Source of the DNA: Tubulanus polymorphus
Taxonomy: Eukaryota; Animalia; Nemertea
DNA: 64,000 bases
Direction: 5' to 3'
Assembly (NCBI RefSeq): GCF_964204645.1
Contig: NC_134025.1
Location: forward strand, 31,352,299-31,416,298
Part shown: positions 27,476-40,062 of the stretch, piece after piece
How the letters are laid out: each line of letters starts with the position of its first letter
Numbering within the stretch: position 1 is the stretch's first letter
Made by a program: the position numbers and the translations under genes
Notes under the pieces: model-generated
What the model saw: only the letters and a program-made list of their open reading frames with translations
Databases searched by the model: none
What the model was told of the DNA's origin: nothing

Positions 27476-27776
27476 TATCTATAAAACCAGACCCTACAGT
27501 GTGATTTCTATATATATATATATATAAAACTGTGTTTTATTCATATTGGAAATAAAGACTAGATAATTATAATAATGATAATAGTAATATGAAGTCTTGG
27601 AAATTGTAAATAAATAAATTATACCTTAAAATTTTTCTTAGTGATTATTTTGATTCTGCTAATGGCACTAGAAGTTTTATACAAACACCAGCAATAATTA
27701 TAACAGCTAGTAATTCATAGAAAAAACATTCTCTCCGCTATCTGGTCAAACAAAAGCAGTTTGATAACTGTGCATC

Positions 27777-28100
27777 ATCAGAGTTATCAACTCAGCATCA
27801 ACAGAGTTATCAACTCCACATCAAGAGAGCTGTTCTGCGCCCACAGAGTTATCAACTCCACATCAACAGAGTTATCAACTCCACATCCACAGTTATCAAC
27901 TCCACATCAACAGAGTTATCAACTCCACATCAAGAGAGCTGTTCTGCGTCCACAGAGTTATCAACTCCACATCCACAGTAATCAACTCAGCGTCCACAGA
28001 GTTATCAACTCCACATCAACTGAGCTACTCTGCGTCCACAGAGTTATCAACTCCACATCAACAGAGCTACTCTGCGTCCACAGAATTATCAACTCCACAT
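27777..28100. repeat. minisatellite (cagagttatcaactccacatc units)
   Basis: About 10 variably spaced tandem copies. Confidence 0.88.
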
Positions 28101-29272
28101 AAGCATGCGTCAAGTGTCGTCGTGTCAGTTTCTGAGATGCAGTAGATCAATAATAATTTCTCAGATTTGGACATCATAGAAAATTTCAGAATCAATATCA
28201 TCATAGTCAGGATAGAAATTACACTCAAAACATTCAGCATGAACTTTTAACATTTCTACACAAAATAAATTTTGTGTCCATATGGGCGAACTTTTCATAG
28301 TTTTCGCAGTTAGTAGAGCTAATAAGCGAACACGCTATGGTTTGGTTTTAACGCATTTCACAGTCGGACATCTTGGAACTAGGTCCAGACTACAGCGACC
28401 GTGCTCAATCCTGCGGTCGACTTTCCCGACTAGTTCAGACCGATATTTGATTTGTTCGCAAATCGTCGACTAACTCCGATAACCAAGGTAAACATTTCGA
28501 TGAAATATCTATAAAATCACGTTTCTCACAACCAGCTGGATTTAAGGTGTATGAAATAGATATATCATTTGATGATTTGTACGAATAGTTCCGATAGTTT
28601 TGATGTTGGATGGCTCTACATGGACATCATGCCACTTCCATATAATTACATCATCACTTCAAACGTCTTCTTTTTGAAATTATAAAATATAATATCAATA
28701 TTGCTATTCATCGATAATAATAAAAACCTCCTCAAGAGTTTCTCATCTATCTGAATCTCAGTTAGATCTGTCGTTATAAAATACCGTAGACACATGACAA
28801 CTTTAATCCCCCTCTCCGCGAACCTTCCTGTCACCCCACAAACCGATCCAAATGATTCAATATTTCTGATTGAAGTTGATGTTTGTTCATATTTTCTACT
28901 ATTCTAGTTGTAATGAGCCTATTGAGTTTCATTCACTTTATTATAATCCTGTAATCCACTGTATCGAATGTATCCACAGTAATCCACTCTATCCACTCTA
29001 TTGAATGTATCCACAGTAATCCACTCTATCCACTGTATTGAATGTAACCACAGTAATCCACTGTATACAATTTATCCACAGTAATCCACTTTAATCATGT
29101 TTGTTCAATAATCCACCACTGAATCATGTCTAGAAACTCTGCTCAAGTTTTTTTGGTTTAATTCAGTTCCTCTTATTAATTACTGCTGTCATTCGCTGTC
29201 ACTGTCACTCGCTGTCACTGTTGTTTGTTTGATATTGCACTAAGAGGACTGACTGACAGATACTGTATGCTG

Positions 29273-32200
29273 TTATACAGGGGTACTCCTTCCCGAATCA
29301 TTTTCACTAGTATCTGAAAAATTCAATTTCATTATTCACACAATTCAGCAATAAAATCTTATTGCCTTCTTAAACCACAACTAAACAGTAACAGGAGTTG
29401 AAGAATGCAGTAAAACTAGACTCAACTTAAGTCCAAACGCTACCGGGTGAAGTGCAGTTGACTGAGCCCGGTTTCATAGAGTGGATATCATTCAAAGTTA
29501 CTCCAAGGGATAAATTCTCGAACAGCAAGGTGACAACCACCATGCAGTAATAACTGACAAATTTCAAAATGTTCTCACATATTTTACCCTAATATCTATG
29601 AAACTCTAAAGCCCCTGACGAAGTTTGAACTGTTCAAATCAATTCAACATAAACTGAATGAGAGATCAGTTGGTCGGGGGTAGTGTTTGTCTATTTACCT
29701 GTATTGATATTATTATGTTGTTGTTTATGCGAAGCTGGTCCCCACACACGTACAGTACCGTCATCTGAAGCGCTAGCTAACATCGCAGGTATAGATGGAT
29801 TCCAGTGTACACAGTTAACTGTACGAGTATGACCTTCTAATACGGCTATAGGCGTTTCACGTTTTTTATGCCATATATACACTTTGTGATCTGAAATCAA
29901 GATGAAATTTCAATGGTTGAACATTCTCACTGATATGATACAGCACCGCCCCCTATTGCCATTACGAGTGTACTCATAGGTTTGCACTGGAGCTGTTACA
30001 TATTCACCCATCGATCGAAATTGATCAATAAGCATTGAGAATAAAGCTGAGTTTGTTCACATTGCCTGCCAGCCTATCAGGAACTGTGTACCAGACGGCA
30101 AATATCTAGAATTAGAATCTTATCTAGGTGTAGGCAGAACTGGAACTATGAGATAACTCGTAGCGGCAATGGTGCCATAACTAGAAATTCAGATATCTCA
30201 AAGTTGGCAGCAAATTTCTTAAATTCAAAGCCATATCTTCGTTGGCGAGTTACACACACACACACAGAATGACTACAAACCTTCACTCCCACTCGAGATA
30301 AAATCCTGATTGACGCCACCGAAGCATGAGTGTATAGTATAGAAACCTTGAGTGACTCCTTGATATTTCCTCACTAAACAACGATCTTTAATGTCCCATA
30401 AATGGACTCCCTTTAAATCAATCAGAAATAAAATCAAATCAAATTCAGCTAGATATCAGACCGAGAGATGAGAGAGTAATTCAGATATAGTCGAAGAGGG
30501 CGGGAATATTTTTGAAGAATTCTATTTTACAAACCTGAGTAGCTACATTTAACAATGCTAATCTTCCTGTATCATCCAACGTGAAAGACATAATCGGTCG
30601 ATCCTCTTGTAACCTAAAAAATAATGTTCAAGTCAATGTTGTTTGATCGTAAAGAATTGTTTAGACTGAGAACTGTGAAACCGCAATCTCATCAATTTGA
30701 ACACAAAATACTTACATGTTAAAATCAGTCAATTCATCAAAATTATAGCCTCTAATTCTATGATGAGTATCCGATGCTAAAACTGTTTTACCGTCCTGTT
30801 GACAAGCAAGACATTGAACTCTGACTCCTTCCCATGAGTCCAATACATTACCATCTAAATCCTACAATACCAATGGAAACACACATCAATTCATTGTTAA
30901 TGCTTCAATTTCAATGATTAGGGTCCAGTTTCATGAAAACCTTTAACTTTTAAATCGATTTAATTTCTTCATCAATCAAGTTCATGTGAAATTGATCGTT
31001 TTTTGTGACACAGGGTCCAGAAATTCTTCATGTTTCCAATACGACCAACAATCTGAGCTGTTTTTCAAACAGTTGCGACAGTTAAAAATCTGTTGATTTT
31101 CAAACATTATCAATACTTACACATTGATAAAACTGACCACGTGTTCCTCCGGTGACAAACTTTCTGGAATCAACGTGCCACGAAGCACACGTTAAACTGT
31201 CTTCAGGAGATTGACTCATTTTAACCCTTAAATCACCAGTCTACAATTACGTAACATAAACAATGACTCAATTGCAATCATATCTACGTGTGGTTGGATA
31301 TTCATCTGGGTTATTCAACATTCAATCTTTTGGCTTATGGGGAATGAATTAGATTTCACCTCTGGTAAGTGAGTCTCTAAGCAGCCCTGGTAAGTGGCCC
31401 TCTGAGAGGAGCCTTGGCATGTAATGCTCTGAAAGCTACCCTGGTAAGTGAGCCACTGATACCGTCCCAGCTTAGTGACTCCAACAGCAGCAGCTCGGGT
31501 AAGTGACCTTCTGGAAGGAGCCCTGGTAAGTGCAACAGCAGCAGCTCGGGTAAGTGACCTTCTGGAAGGAGCCCTGGTAAGTGAGCCACTGATAGCGTCC
31601 CAGCTAAGTGACTCCAACAGCAGCAGCTCGGGTAAGTGACCTTCTGGAAGGAGCCCTGGTAAGTGAGCCACTGATAGCGTCCCAGCTAAGTGACTCCAAC
31701 AGCAGCAGCTAGGGTAAGTGACCTTCTGGAAGGAGCCCTGGTAAATTGACCCTCTGAAAGCTACCCTGGTAAGTGAGCCACTGAAAGCTGCCCCGCTAAG
31801 CGACTCTTACAGCAGCAGCTCCGGTAAGTAAACATCACAGAGAAGCCCTGGTAAGTGACCATCTGAAACTAGCCCTGGTAAGTGTATTTATTACCTCAAC
31901 GTTCCAGAGCCATAGATCTGAACAGTCATCGGGTCCACACGCTATTATATATGAACCATCCGGACTCCAACATAAATATGAAACACCGTAAGAGTGACCT
32001 CCAAATGTTCGCTTTAATTTCAATCCATACGTAATCTAGAAACAGGAATAAATCATCATAATCCATAAATTAGACTTCAGTTCCACAAAACTCTGATACT
32101 AGTCCAGGATCCAGTTCTACAGTTATGAATTGACTCATTGAAAATGAACTCACAACCCGTTGAACTGGGTCCAGATTTAATACCTGATCGACATCCCAGA

Positions 32201-35200
32201 TTATGAGAGTTCCATCTTTTGATCCGGTGGCTAAATATAAACCGTCAGGTGAAAACCGACAGAACCAAACTTCATCGATGTGATCAGTTAACATTTGAGT
32301 CGTACATGATGGAAATTGATCCCTGAAAAATAAATCGAATATTCAATCTTTTATTTCATACTCTGATCATTGTTAAGTCAAAAGATCCGACTTGAGAGGA
32401 GTCTACTGTAGGTACATTTCCAGTATCCTGTTTAAGAACCTCAGAGCTCTTAATAGGATCCTCTCGAGTTGAATATGCTCCACCAAGCAGAGACATGTCT
32501 GGGTCTCATACCTCAACCAGCCCTGGAACAGTGGATATTTCGAGCAGGTTCCAGGTTTCTGTTTTCTCCTGTTGATGGGAGGGGGGAGAGAGAACTGTAC
32601 CTGTTGCAGATATGATCAGCTGAGGGGAGGGGGAGGAGAGGACTGTACCTGTTACAGATATGATCAGCTAAGGGGAGGTGGAGGGGGAGGAACTGCACCT
32701 GTTACAGATATGATCAGCTGAGGGGAGGGGGAGGAGAGAACTGTACCTGTTACAGATATGATCAGCTAGGGGGAAGGGGAGGGGGAGGAGAGAACTGTAC
32801 CTGTTACAGATATGATCAGCTAGGGGGGAGGGGGAGGAGAGGAACTGTAGGCCTACCTGTTACAGATATGATCAGCTAATAGTGAAACAGCTTCCACGTC
32901 GTATAAAGTGTTGTGATACGGACATTTATCTTTCTGATGTTCGATGGCCTGATTGAGTAGAGCTTGTAGTCGCCGCGGAGGTAACATTATTGATGCCGGT
33001 AAAAATGCTACAAAATCAAAACAAAATTCACCATGACTACAAAAACAGAGTATATACACATGCCACGGAGCTGATTGCCTCAGATTATCACAATGCAAAA
33101 TATGATGCCCCATTGTTACTCCAGACGACCCTGCAGCATCTGTTGGTCCCATAAGATCAGAGGCAAGCGCGAAGTATCTACATATTTAAATACATACACT
33201 GTAATTTTTCGACTAATTTCTGTCTAGAGACCGGTCCCTTTCCTTCCCATCCGGCTTGTTCTTTTAATTCTTCTGGATTTCCAAACATCATAAACCTTAG
33301 AAATAGAAATGATGTTCAACGATGAACTCGGTTCGTAAAGACGTTCAATGAATCAATAGTAAATGAATGAGAACTTACGAACTGAGTTCATGAACGCGTT
33401 CAGTGTTATACTTCAGCGGCGATAACTCATTTCGTAAACAATGTAAAGCGTCTAAAACTTTTCCATCCTCCAATAACTCCAGATATTTCTGCTCCAACAA
33501 ACAGAATTTCATATTCTACAAAATAGAAGAAAAAGATTAACAGAGTGATCTAACGCCACCTATGAGCGAATATAGACACTATACTTACGGATAAACCATC
33601 AGCAGTTTCAACTAATGGTTTCAACTCCTCCAATTCAGCTTCAGACTAAAATAACACAAAATAATATCAGTCAATGATGAGCAAGTTTGATGCAGCATGA
33701 GTGGATGGGATTGAGAGTAGAGGGAGATAAGGGTGGGCTAGGAGGGGGGGTTGGTAAGAGGGGGAGAGAGAACTAGGAGATTAGGGTGGGTTAGGAGGGG
33801 GTGGTAGGAGGGGGAGAGAGGTTGGTAGGAGAGGGAACTGGGAGATTAGGGTGGGCTAGGAGAGGGGTTGGTAGGAGGGGGAGGAGATAAGGGTGGGCTA
33901 GGAGGGGGGGTTGGTAAGAGGGGGAGAGAGAACTAGGAGATTAGGGTGGGTTAGGAGGGGGTGGTAGGAGGGGGAGAGAGGTTGGTAGGAGAGGGAACTG
34001 GGAGATTAGGGTGGGCTAGGAGAGGGGTTGGTAGGAGGGGGAGGAGAGGGGGAGGGGGTAGTTACCTTATCCCATTCACCATCCATTAAATGTGATCTGA
34101 ATTTAGCAGCTGCAGGATGTTCTAACATACAACCAGATTCATACATTAACTGTTCAACAGTTCGTCTAAAATATAAATAATACATCACTTAGTAAAACAG
34201 TACAGACAGGAGGAGGAGGGAGGGAGACGAGTCTTATACTGTGAAACAACTGATTCTAAAGGGAGACCCTTAACATTTTACTCGGTATAGAAATACCTGA
34301 ATCCAATTGTACAAAGGGAATCCTCTGAATTGGATGTTCGGCTCTGTATTTGACCGGGGGATCACCAGACTAGAACACGCCGAGGGGAATCCTGAACTGG
34401 AGCACACAGAGGGGAATCCCAGGCTGGAGCACGCCGAGGATATCCCGAACTGGAGCATGCCAAGGGGATCACCAAACTAGAGCACGCCGAGGGGAATCCT
34501 GAACTGGAGCACACAGAGGGGAATCCCAGGCTGGAGCACGCCGAGGATATCCCGAACTGGAGCATGCCAAGGGGATCACCAAACTAGAGCACGCCGAGGG
34601 GAATCCTGAACTGGAGCACACAGAGGGGAATCCCAGGCTGGAGCACGCCGAGGATATCCCGAACTGGAGCATGCCAAGGGGATCACCAAACTAGAGCACG
34701 CCGAGGGGAATCCTGAACTGGAGCACACAGAGGGGAATCCCAGGCTGGAGCACGCCGAGGATATCCCGAACTGGAGCATGCCAAGGGGATCACCAGACTA
34801 GAACACGCCGAGGGGAATCCTGAACTGGAGCACACAGAGGGGAATCCCAGGCTGGAGCACGCCGAGGATATCCCGAACTGGAGCATGCCAAGGGGATCAC
34901 CAAACTAGAGCACGCCGAGGGGAATCCCGGACTGGAGGATGCCAAGGGGAATCCCGAACTGGAGCGTGACCGGGGGAGTCATCAAACTGATAATCTAATC
35001 GGGGAACTTTTAGTTTGGGGTCGTTTTTTAAATCACAATCTGACAATAACTTCCGATATAAAACTATATGTGAATGAATTAAATGATTGATTCTTACTCG
35101 AGTCCCATACTCTTTAAATGTTGTCCTATTAAACGCACAATATCCTGATCAGTTTGACTCATAGTCGCAACAGACGCAGCGACCGAAGATGTTGCCGGGT

Positions 35201-35321
35201 GATCGTGATTTGAATTAGACGTTGCTCCATTTAATTGTTGTTGTTCATTGTTGTGGTTGTTGCAGCCATTCTGCTGCTGCTGCTGTTGAGGTTGAGCCTG
35301 CTGCTGCTGTTGATGCTGCAT
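29273..35321 (-). CDS. WDR26: WD repeat-containing protein 26 (CTLH/GID E3 ligase subunit; LisH, CTLH and WD40 domains), 584 aa from the first ATG
   Basis: 14 GT-AG exons, 1755 nt in frame: 35321-35098, 34165-34066, 33645-33589, 33515-33379, 33295-33198, 33007-32857, 32322-32184, 32035-31895, 31240-31121, 30861-30716, 30613-30535, 30410-30281, 29890-29699, 29313-29273. Diagnostic peptides are [74 protein letters not shown] and [13 protein letters not shown]...[14 protein letters not shown]. Confidence 0.97.
31362..31884. repeat. composite minisatellite in WDR26 intron 8
   Basis: Recurrent gccctggtaagtg / cagcagcagctcgggtaagtgaccttctggaagg blocks with a ~100-bp higher-order period. Confidence 0.88.
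32578..32879 (-). repeat. ~50-bp tandem copies of the WDR26 exon 6 end plus donor
   Basis: Five intronic copies of agctgatcatatctgtaacag|gt (encoding ADHICNR) follow the true exon end at 32857. Confidence 0.9.
33715..34060. repeat. G/A-rich tandem repeat in WDR26 intron 2
   Basis: ggagattagggtgggYtaggagRggggttggta units with a ~160-bp duplication. Confidence 0.85.
34358..34975. repeat. 107-bp tandem repeat, about 5.7 near-identical copies, in WDR26 intron 1
   Basis: The ORF track shows identical ORFs at 107-bp spacing (34565, 34672, 34779, 34886). The unit is built of ~26-bp subunits (ggggaatcc...ctggagcacgcc). Confidence 0.95.
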
Positions 35322-35579
35322 ACTGACTGATGGTGGTGATGCTGAGTTGGATACTCGGAGTTTTTTACGCGGTGGCCGTGGACTGTTGGCACCACCGTCT
35401 TCTGAACTCGAGCCTGACGATTCCAGACTTGCTGTACACTTTACTGTTTTTGTATTTGGCCAGGTCTATAAAACTGTAAGCTGGACTGCTACCACACCGA
35501 CGCCGCTGCTGCCGCTGCTGCTGCTGCTGCTGCTGATTTGATGAAACGAAGTCGAAGAAGAAATCAGCTGTGTACAATC

Positions 35580-36566
35580 TCTCTATTATAGTGACGTCAC
35601 ATTTCACTGTGCCCTGTGAGAGAATTCTGGGAAATTCTTACAGTTCGGTTTAAAATATGACGAGTTCACACGATTTGAACGTTCCAATTACAGATTCACT
35701 CCCGAAATCCGCAATATCTATTAACTATAGTTAATTAGAAAACCTTAATTTATCCATTTTGGCATTGTTAGTAAACAAGTAGGTCACGTGGGAGTAGATA
35801 TATACCGGATATGGACTATTGGTTGGAGGCAGAACTCAACCCTATCAGCCATTTGTCTGTACACACTGTTACTTTCACTACTCTCTCCTATAGAATTGAA
35901 AGTGATTTTCAGATATCAGATTAAACTTTTCATTGTGGTCTAACCGCCCGACCCGTTGTCCGGTTAAATAATCCTATTCCGGCATGTAGCTTCTACCAAT
36001 CACATGCCAAAACAAACGCACGTGGCTAGTAATGGGGACCGGGTGTTGCGATCGTGGCTCGAGAATTCAATCATGCGTTAAATTAGGGGTAATTTAGATG
36101 TCTTTCGGGGGAGGTGGTTGAACCAAACGCCTGCCACCACACTCCTCTAGTCGGACCAGTCAACCGTGAGCAGATCCTTTGTTTGGAGCCAGCCAGCCAT
36201 TCCCGACGTGTCCAGGACTAACTAACTATCGATTTCTGGGATTTTCCCTTTTAGTTTAGCGATAATTGACTTTCCTATCATCTATCTCAATCTTGAACTC
36301 CTTTTTGAAGTAAGAAAAACACCAGGAATACGATTAGATTAAATCATCGCCAGATGGTGGTGCCCTCAGTATAGTTCGTATAGATATCCCCAGATGTCGC
36401 TTTGAGATGTACCACAACATCGAACATGCACTTACACAAAAACCGTGAATAAAATTTAGACGCATTTTAGCAATTTGTGGAAACCTATTTGTTTTTTTGT
36501 GTTTACACGAAGTATTGACAATCGCACCGTGGAATAGAATCAGAAAGGACAAAATAATCAGCCATT
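35580..36566. promoter_or_regulatory. probable bidirectional promoter region between WDR26 and LRP1
   Basis: Start codons are 1245 bp apart and divergent. The region has a palindromic CRE GTGACGTCAC (35591-35600), E-boxes CACGTG (35785-35790, 36019-36024) and oppositely oriented CCAAT boxes (35818-35822, 35996-36000). Confidence 0.6.
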
Positions 36567-39500
36567 ATGTGGCTTAGAGTTTGTGTTTGGATGGTGTTTG
36601 TGACGGCGAGTTCCTCAGCTGATGAGATAGGCCTACAACGTCTCGACCATCAAGGTCCGTATCAATCCAACTTTTACTTTCGTTATCTTGTCTTTCGCTT
36701 AGTTTCGTTACTTTGCATCTTAATCATCACTGTTTTCCAACTATCAGGTCTGCTGTTTCTAACAGTTCTGTTTCACCCTTTTTTGAAGTCTTTTAAGACT
36801 AAACTTTAATTTAAAAGTCTAGAATTTATGCAATCCACTAATTATCATCAATTTTCTTTATCTTTGCAAAACAAATTGCCTTGAAAGGTTATGAAATATA
36901 CATTATTGAATAAGCCTAAATATTTTACATAAAGAAAGGGGTACCGGTACTGGAATAGTCTACCAGTTAATTGGTTTTTAGCAGTCAATCAAAAGGTCAT
37001 AGGGTTAAATAAAAGTTACACTTATTGTTACACTGGTGGTAACTAATTCACCAACAATTTCTGTTCTATTCAATGTTTATATATGATTCAATAGTTGTAA
37101 AATGAATGACGGTGTTTTTCATTTGCGCTTTATTTACTGATTCTTAAATCACACAAATTTCACACATTTTAGAAAAGTTTCTTTTTAGAATTTCCTAAAT
37201 TTTGACATAGGCATAAAATGTACATGTTCATTCTGCGAACCCAACTATTCAGAGTAACAAAAAACCTTTTACTAGTTTTAACAAAGTATGTTTTTTTTTC
37301 TGTATATATGACTCATTTTGTGTCCTGTTTTGACTGAAGATATTCTTTTGTCATAAATGTACATTTTTTCTGTGCACAAATTTCATTCAGTCAATGATTT
37401 AAATTGTGTCACAATTGAATGACTGAATTTCATGTTTTTGCATTAATGAACAGATACAAAAATAACGTATCATTTATTTTTGGGTGAAAGTTGCAGCATT
37501 ATTTCAAGCAGTTTATGGGTTCAGTTGTTAAGAGGGAACGAATTTGAATCGGTATTTTTTATCTCTACAATCACTCAATACGTATTTTGCATCTGAAGAA
37601 ATGGAATTAGAAAAACTTCAATTTCCCTGTGTAGATAACACTATCAATTTCTGTGATTATTAAATTATTCAGCAATAAAATATTTTCATAAAAAGCTTTT
37701 TTGAATTCGTTGAATTTATCGATCATTATCCAAATAAAGAATTACACAAATAAAGATTGGGACACAATGGAATAGAAGAAACAACTTCAGTAATGTGGCA
37801 ACTCATCCAAATGACAATTTGAACCATGAGAAAAAGTCACAGTTGCTTCACTTGTGTTTGACTGTGGAGCAGGTTGTGTGGTTGTATTATGTGACTGTTT
37901 TTATAGATGTCTGTAGTTTTACACTATTATATTGTCATTTAATGTAGAACATTTAAAAAACGTTATTTGTTTTTTTTTGATAATCATTAAATAAAACAGC
38001 TCAGTTTTACATCAGAAATATATGCGAGGGTTTGAATGCAAAATACAAATTTGTCGGGATAAACTTTTTAGTCTTTTAATTCGAAATCTTTAATTTTCAA
38101 ATTTTATTTTCTGTAGATTTGTTTGTTTCAATAACTCAAGAATATGACGGTAGAAATAAAAATGGTCGTCTCGTGAATCGGTATCGTTTTGTTTTCAGAA
38201 TGTCCGGCAGGAACTCTGAAATGTAAACCTATGGATTTAACCCAAGAAGGAATGCTGTGTTTACCGAAGACGTATCAGTGTGATGGGCAATACCATTGTC
38301 ATATGGGACAAGATGAAGATCAGCAAATGTGTGGTAAGTTCTTTTGAAAAGAGTGATATTTCACTGATGCCTGATAGTCTCAAACCAAAAACAAACTCGA
38401 CAAAGCTTGTAGACCTGATAAACTGACTCCAGGATCCAGTTCCACAGTCATGGAACTGGGTCCTGTGTTAAGCCTGATTTGACCCAGGCCAGACAAACTG
38501 ATTCCTGTGTTTTACAGACTGGTCAAGCTTGATTGCACCCAGGCCAGGCAAACTGATTCCTCTGTTTTACAGACTGGTCAAGCTTGATTGCACCCAGGCC
38601 AGGCAAACTGATTCCTCTGTTTTACAGACTGGTCAAGCTTGATTGCTCCCAGGCCAGGCAAACTGATTCCTCTGTTTTACAGACTGGTCAAGCTTGATTG
38701 CACCCAGGCCAGGCAAACTGATAGTCATGTTTAACAGCCTGCTAAACTGAAATCTATGTAGCTGAATAAATCAAATTATGGACAGATTTAATTGTGGTTT
38801 TTGTAAGTTGTGTATTTTCTGATATATTTTTGAACAGAGAAACTGATTTGTCAAAAGGAACAATTTATGTGTGTGAATGATAAGACATGTATATCGGAAG
38901 GCTGGAGATGTGATGGACATTTTGATTGCAGCGATAAATCTGATGAAAATAAAACAATGTGTAAGTAGAATAATTCTTTATTCCAAACCTTTTCTTTCAT
39001 TAACACAGTTTTTTTTTCAGTTCTATGAACTGTATTTATTTTTCTGCTCAATGTATCTCACAAAGCGTCTCTTGAAATTCACCGTTTTGCCGTGATTTTC
39101 ATATGTAATTATTGCGAAACCTCCGATGCACTTTGATGTGATGAAGTGTTGTTGAGATGCAGATATTTATCGTATTTTCAGTCACTGATGGAGTTCATTA
39201 TAAAACGTCAGATGCTGCGTTCACGTTTCATTATTTACAACGTTCTTTATTTGTTCTATTCGCACCTATACGAAAAGTTTATTCTAAATTTCTCTGTTAC
39301 ATTTTCGAAAGGGCAAATTTAGACTGAACAAAAATACCTGTCCATGTTTCCATTCCTCGTGTGAATTGCCTGTTAATCGCAGTATTGCGTCTAGCTGGAC
39401 CAGTGATAACAGTCGATATACTGAGGCATTGATTTGGTCCATTCTAATTAGTCAATTAGTGGCACAGGTCAAATTAGTGACAGTTTGAACGCGACTATGA

Positions 39501-40030
39501 TGATGTATTATAATGAATGTTTTTCTGCTTGTTTTCACTGTAAACTTCTAAACAAACTCTCAGTAGTTTTAATAAAAACAACTTTATCAACTTTATTTAT
39601 TATTTTACAGCTTTTTCTGTTTAATTCTCACTATTGCTTTAAAGGTATCTCTTTCTTTCTCTCTCTTCCTCTTTCTTTTTCTTATCTGTTAAAACTAGTT
39701 TTCTTGTCTTTAGAAAAGAATCTTCCCATTCTTCCGTAGATGTCACCGAATAGAATTGTTCTACCGGAATCAATAAGTTTTTCCCTTGAAGATTACTTCA
39801 ATTTTTTCTCTTTTCGTTCAAAATTTTCATATTTTCTTCATCTTCGTTTTGTCGTAGATTTTCTATTAACGAATTTTATTTGCAAAAATTCAATTAGAAA
39901 AAGAATTAATTTTGTTCTTCATAAGAAAGCTCAATAAACGTTTACTAAAACTTAACTTATAAAATGTCTAACCGTTAATTATTGTTATATCCCTGAATGA
40001 ATTTATTGTGATAACATTTTTGATAAGCTC

Positions 40031-40062
<32 letters not shown>

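Noticed and set aside
29691-29698. WDR26 ending at GK-stop by reading into intron 13
   Set aside because: A good phase-compatible last exon exists at 29313-29273. The shorter end is possible but unsupported.
34270-34886. Series of identical 67-aa ORFs
   Set aside because: Artefact of the 107-bp tandem repeat in WDR26 intron 1.
35365-35607. 80-aa poly-Q ORF upstream of WDR26
   Set aside because: It starts at GTG, is out of frame with WDR26 and owes its Q-run to a CAG repeat; no evidence of coding.
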